A stretch of 32,000 nucleotides of DNA from Thermodesulfobacteriota bacterium. GTDB lineage: Bacteria > Desulfobacterota > WTBG01 > JAGOGO01. Location: the NCBI GenBank assembly GCA_026625185.1, contig CP113000.1, positions 1,335,622 through 1,367,621 of the forward strand, in the 5' to 3' direction. The translations under genes and the position numbers were made by a program. Numbering within the stretch: the first letter of the stretch is position 1; the number at the start of each line of letters is the position of its first letter. Positions 31,657 to 32,000 of this stretch are shown in pieces. Below the pieces are notes generated by a model that did no database searches, had not been told where the DNA came from, and saw only the letters and a program-made list of their open reading frames with translations.

Positions 31657-32000
31657 AATTTTGTTCTCCCTTGTTTATTTTACCTCATTGATTGGGGCAT
31701 CCAAATACCCGCAGGCTGCCATTAAAACTTTTTTAATATAACTAAAATATTAGCCGGGTTCAAGACTGATTTCAATTTTTTTTCTTAAAAAATAACCCGT
31801 CTCTATTCCTTTTCTCTTTTCCTTAACAATAAAAATTACTTACCCATTGATATAATTTAATTTTTTTAGTATTGTAAAATAAATATCAAGAGACAAAAAA
31901 TAATAAAGGTTTGAAATTATTTTGTAGACTTGTTAGGCTATCCATAAAAAAATTGAACCATTATGATTTTCTTGATAACGCTTAATGAAATTGCATGTTG

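Noticed and set aside
31964-32000. ATG at 31964 opening an ORF (MIFLITLNEIAC...) that runs off the right edge, downstream of a TTGATA-N17-TATTGT promoter-like element (31845-31873).
   Set aside because: Only 12 codons are visible, with no SD and no recognisable motif. That is insufficient to call a gene.
1-32000. Scan for CRISPR arrays, tRNA, rRNA, tmRNA or RNase P-like sequences and long tandem repeats.
   Set aside because: I found no regularly spaced direct repeats, no T-loop (GGTTCGAATCC-like) plus acceptor-stem arrangements, and no long GC-rich structured non-coding blocks by eye. All gaps longer than 150 nt are AT-rich promoter or terminator regions. A tRNAscan or cmscan run would be needed to be certain.

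Overview
32-kb window from a moderately AT-rich bacterium. Diderm-type markers are present (GT9 heptosyltransferase, AMIN-domain amidase, IHF-beta-like protein, CcdA/TlpA periplasmic redox genes), but the taxon cannot be determined from sequence alone. Most genes lie on the minus strand in tightly packed housekeeping arrays. One array is panB-panC-panD, then dapB, a GT9 glycosyltransferase, and two unknown ORFs. Another is tlpA-trxB-ccdA-trxA, followed by a YibQ-like deacetylase, an amidase, nfo, a NUDIX hydrolase and greA. hflX is also on the minus strand. On the plus strand are bioF-bioA and a VanZ-like gene. The left 7.5 kb looks like a light-protection and isoprenoid region. It holds a CrtI/CrtN-type desaturase (partial), a CrtQ-like GT2, a CrtO-like acyltransferase and a class II photolyase cluster. 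This region contains three truncated genes: an aldehyde dehydrogenase tail, a squalene/phytoene-synthase head and a geranylgeranyl-reductase tail. The only mobile-type element is a GC-richer Y1 (HUH) transposase gene with a C-terminal HTH, bracketed by a 17/18-nt inverted repeat and lying next to a YD/RHS-repeat remnant. I saw no rRNA, tRNA or CRISPR array, and I could not identify a clear multi-gene novel system such as a defence island. The observations most worth follow-up are: (1) a promoter, structured leader and intrinsic terminator abutting the panB RBS, a candidate riboswitch or attenuator; (2) the inverted-repeat-flanked RAYT-like transposase; (3) the isoprenoid gene scars; (4) an MgtE_N-CorA fusion transporter; (5) a nested TTGCA/TGCAA operator over the bioF promoter; (6) an unannotated 50-codon ORF coupled to the GT9 gene; and (7) several orphan RNA or operator-like structures. 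All functional calls rest on motif recognition by eye, since no searches could be run.
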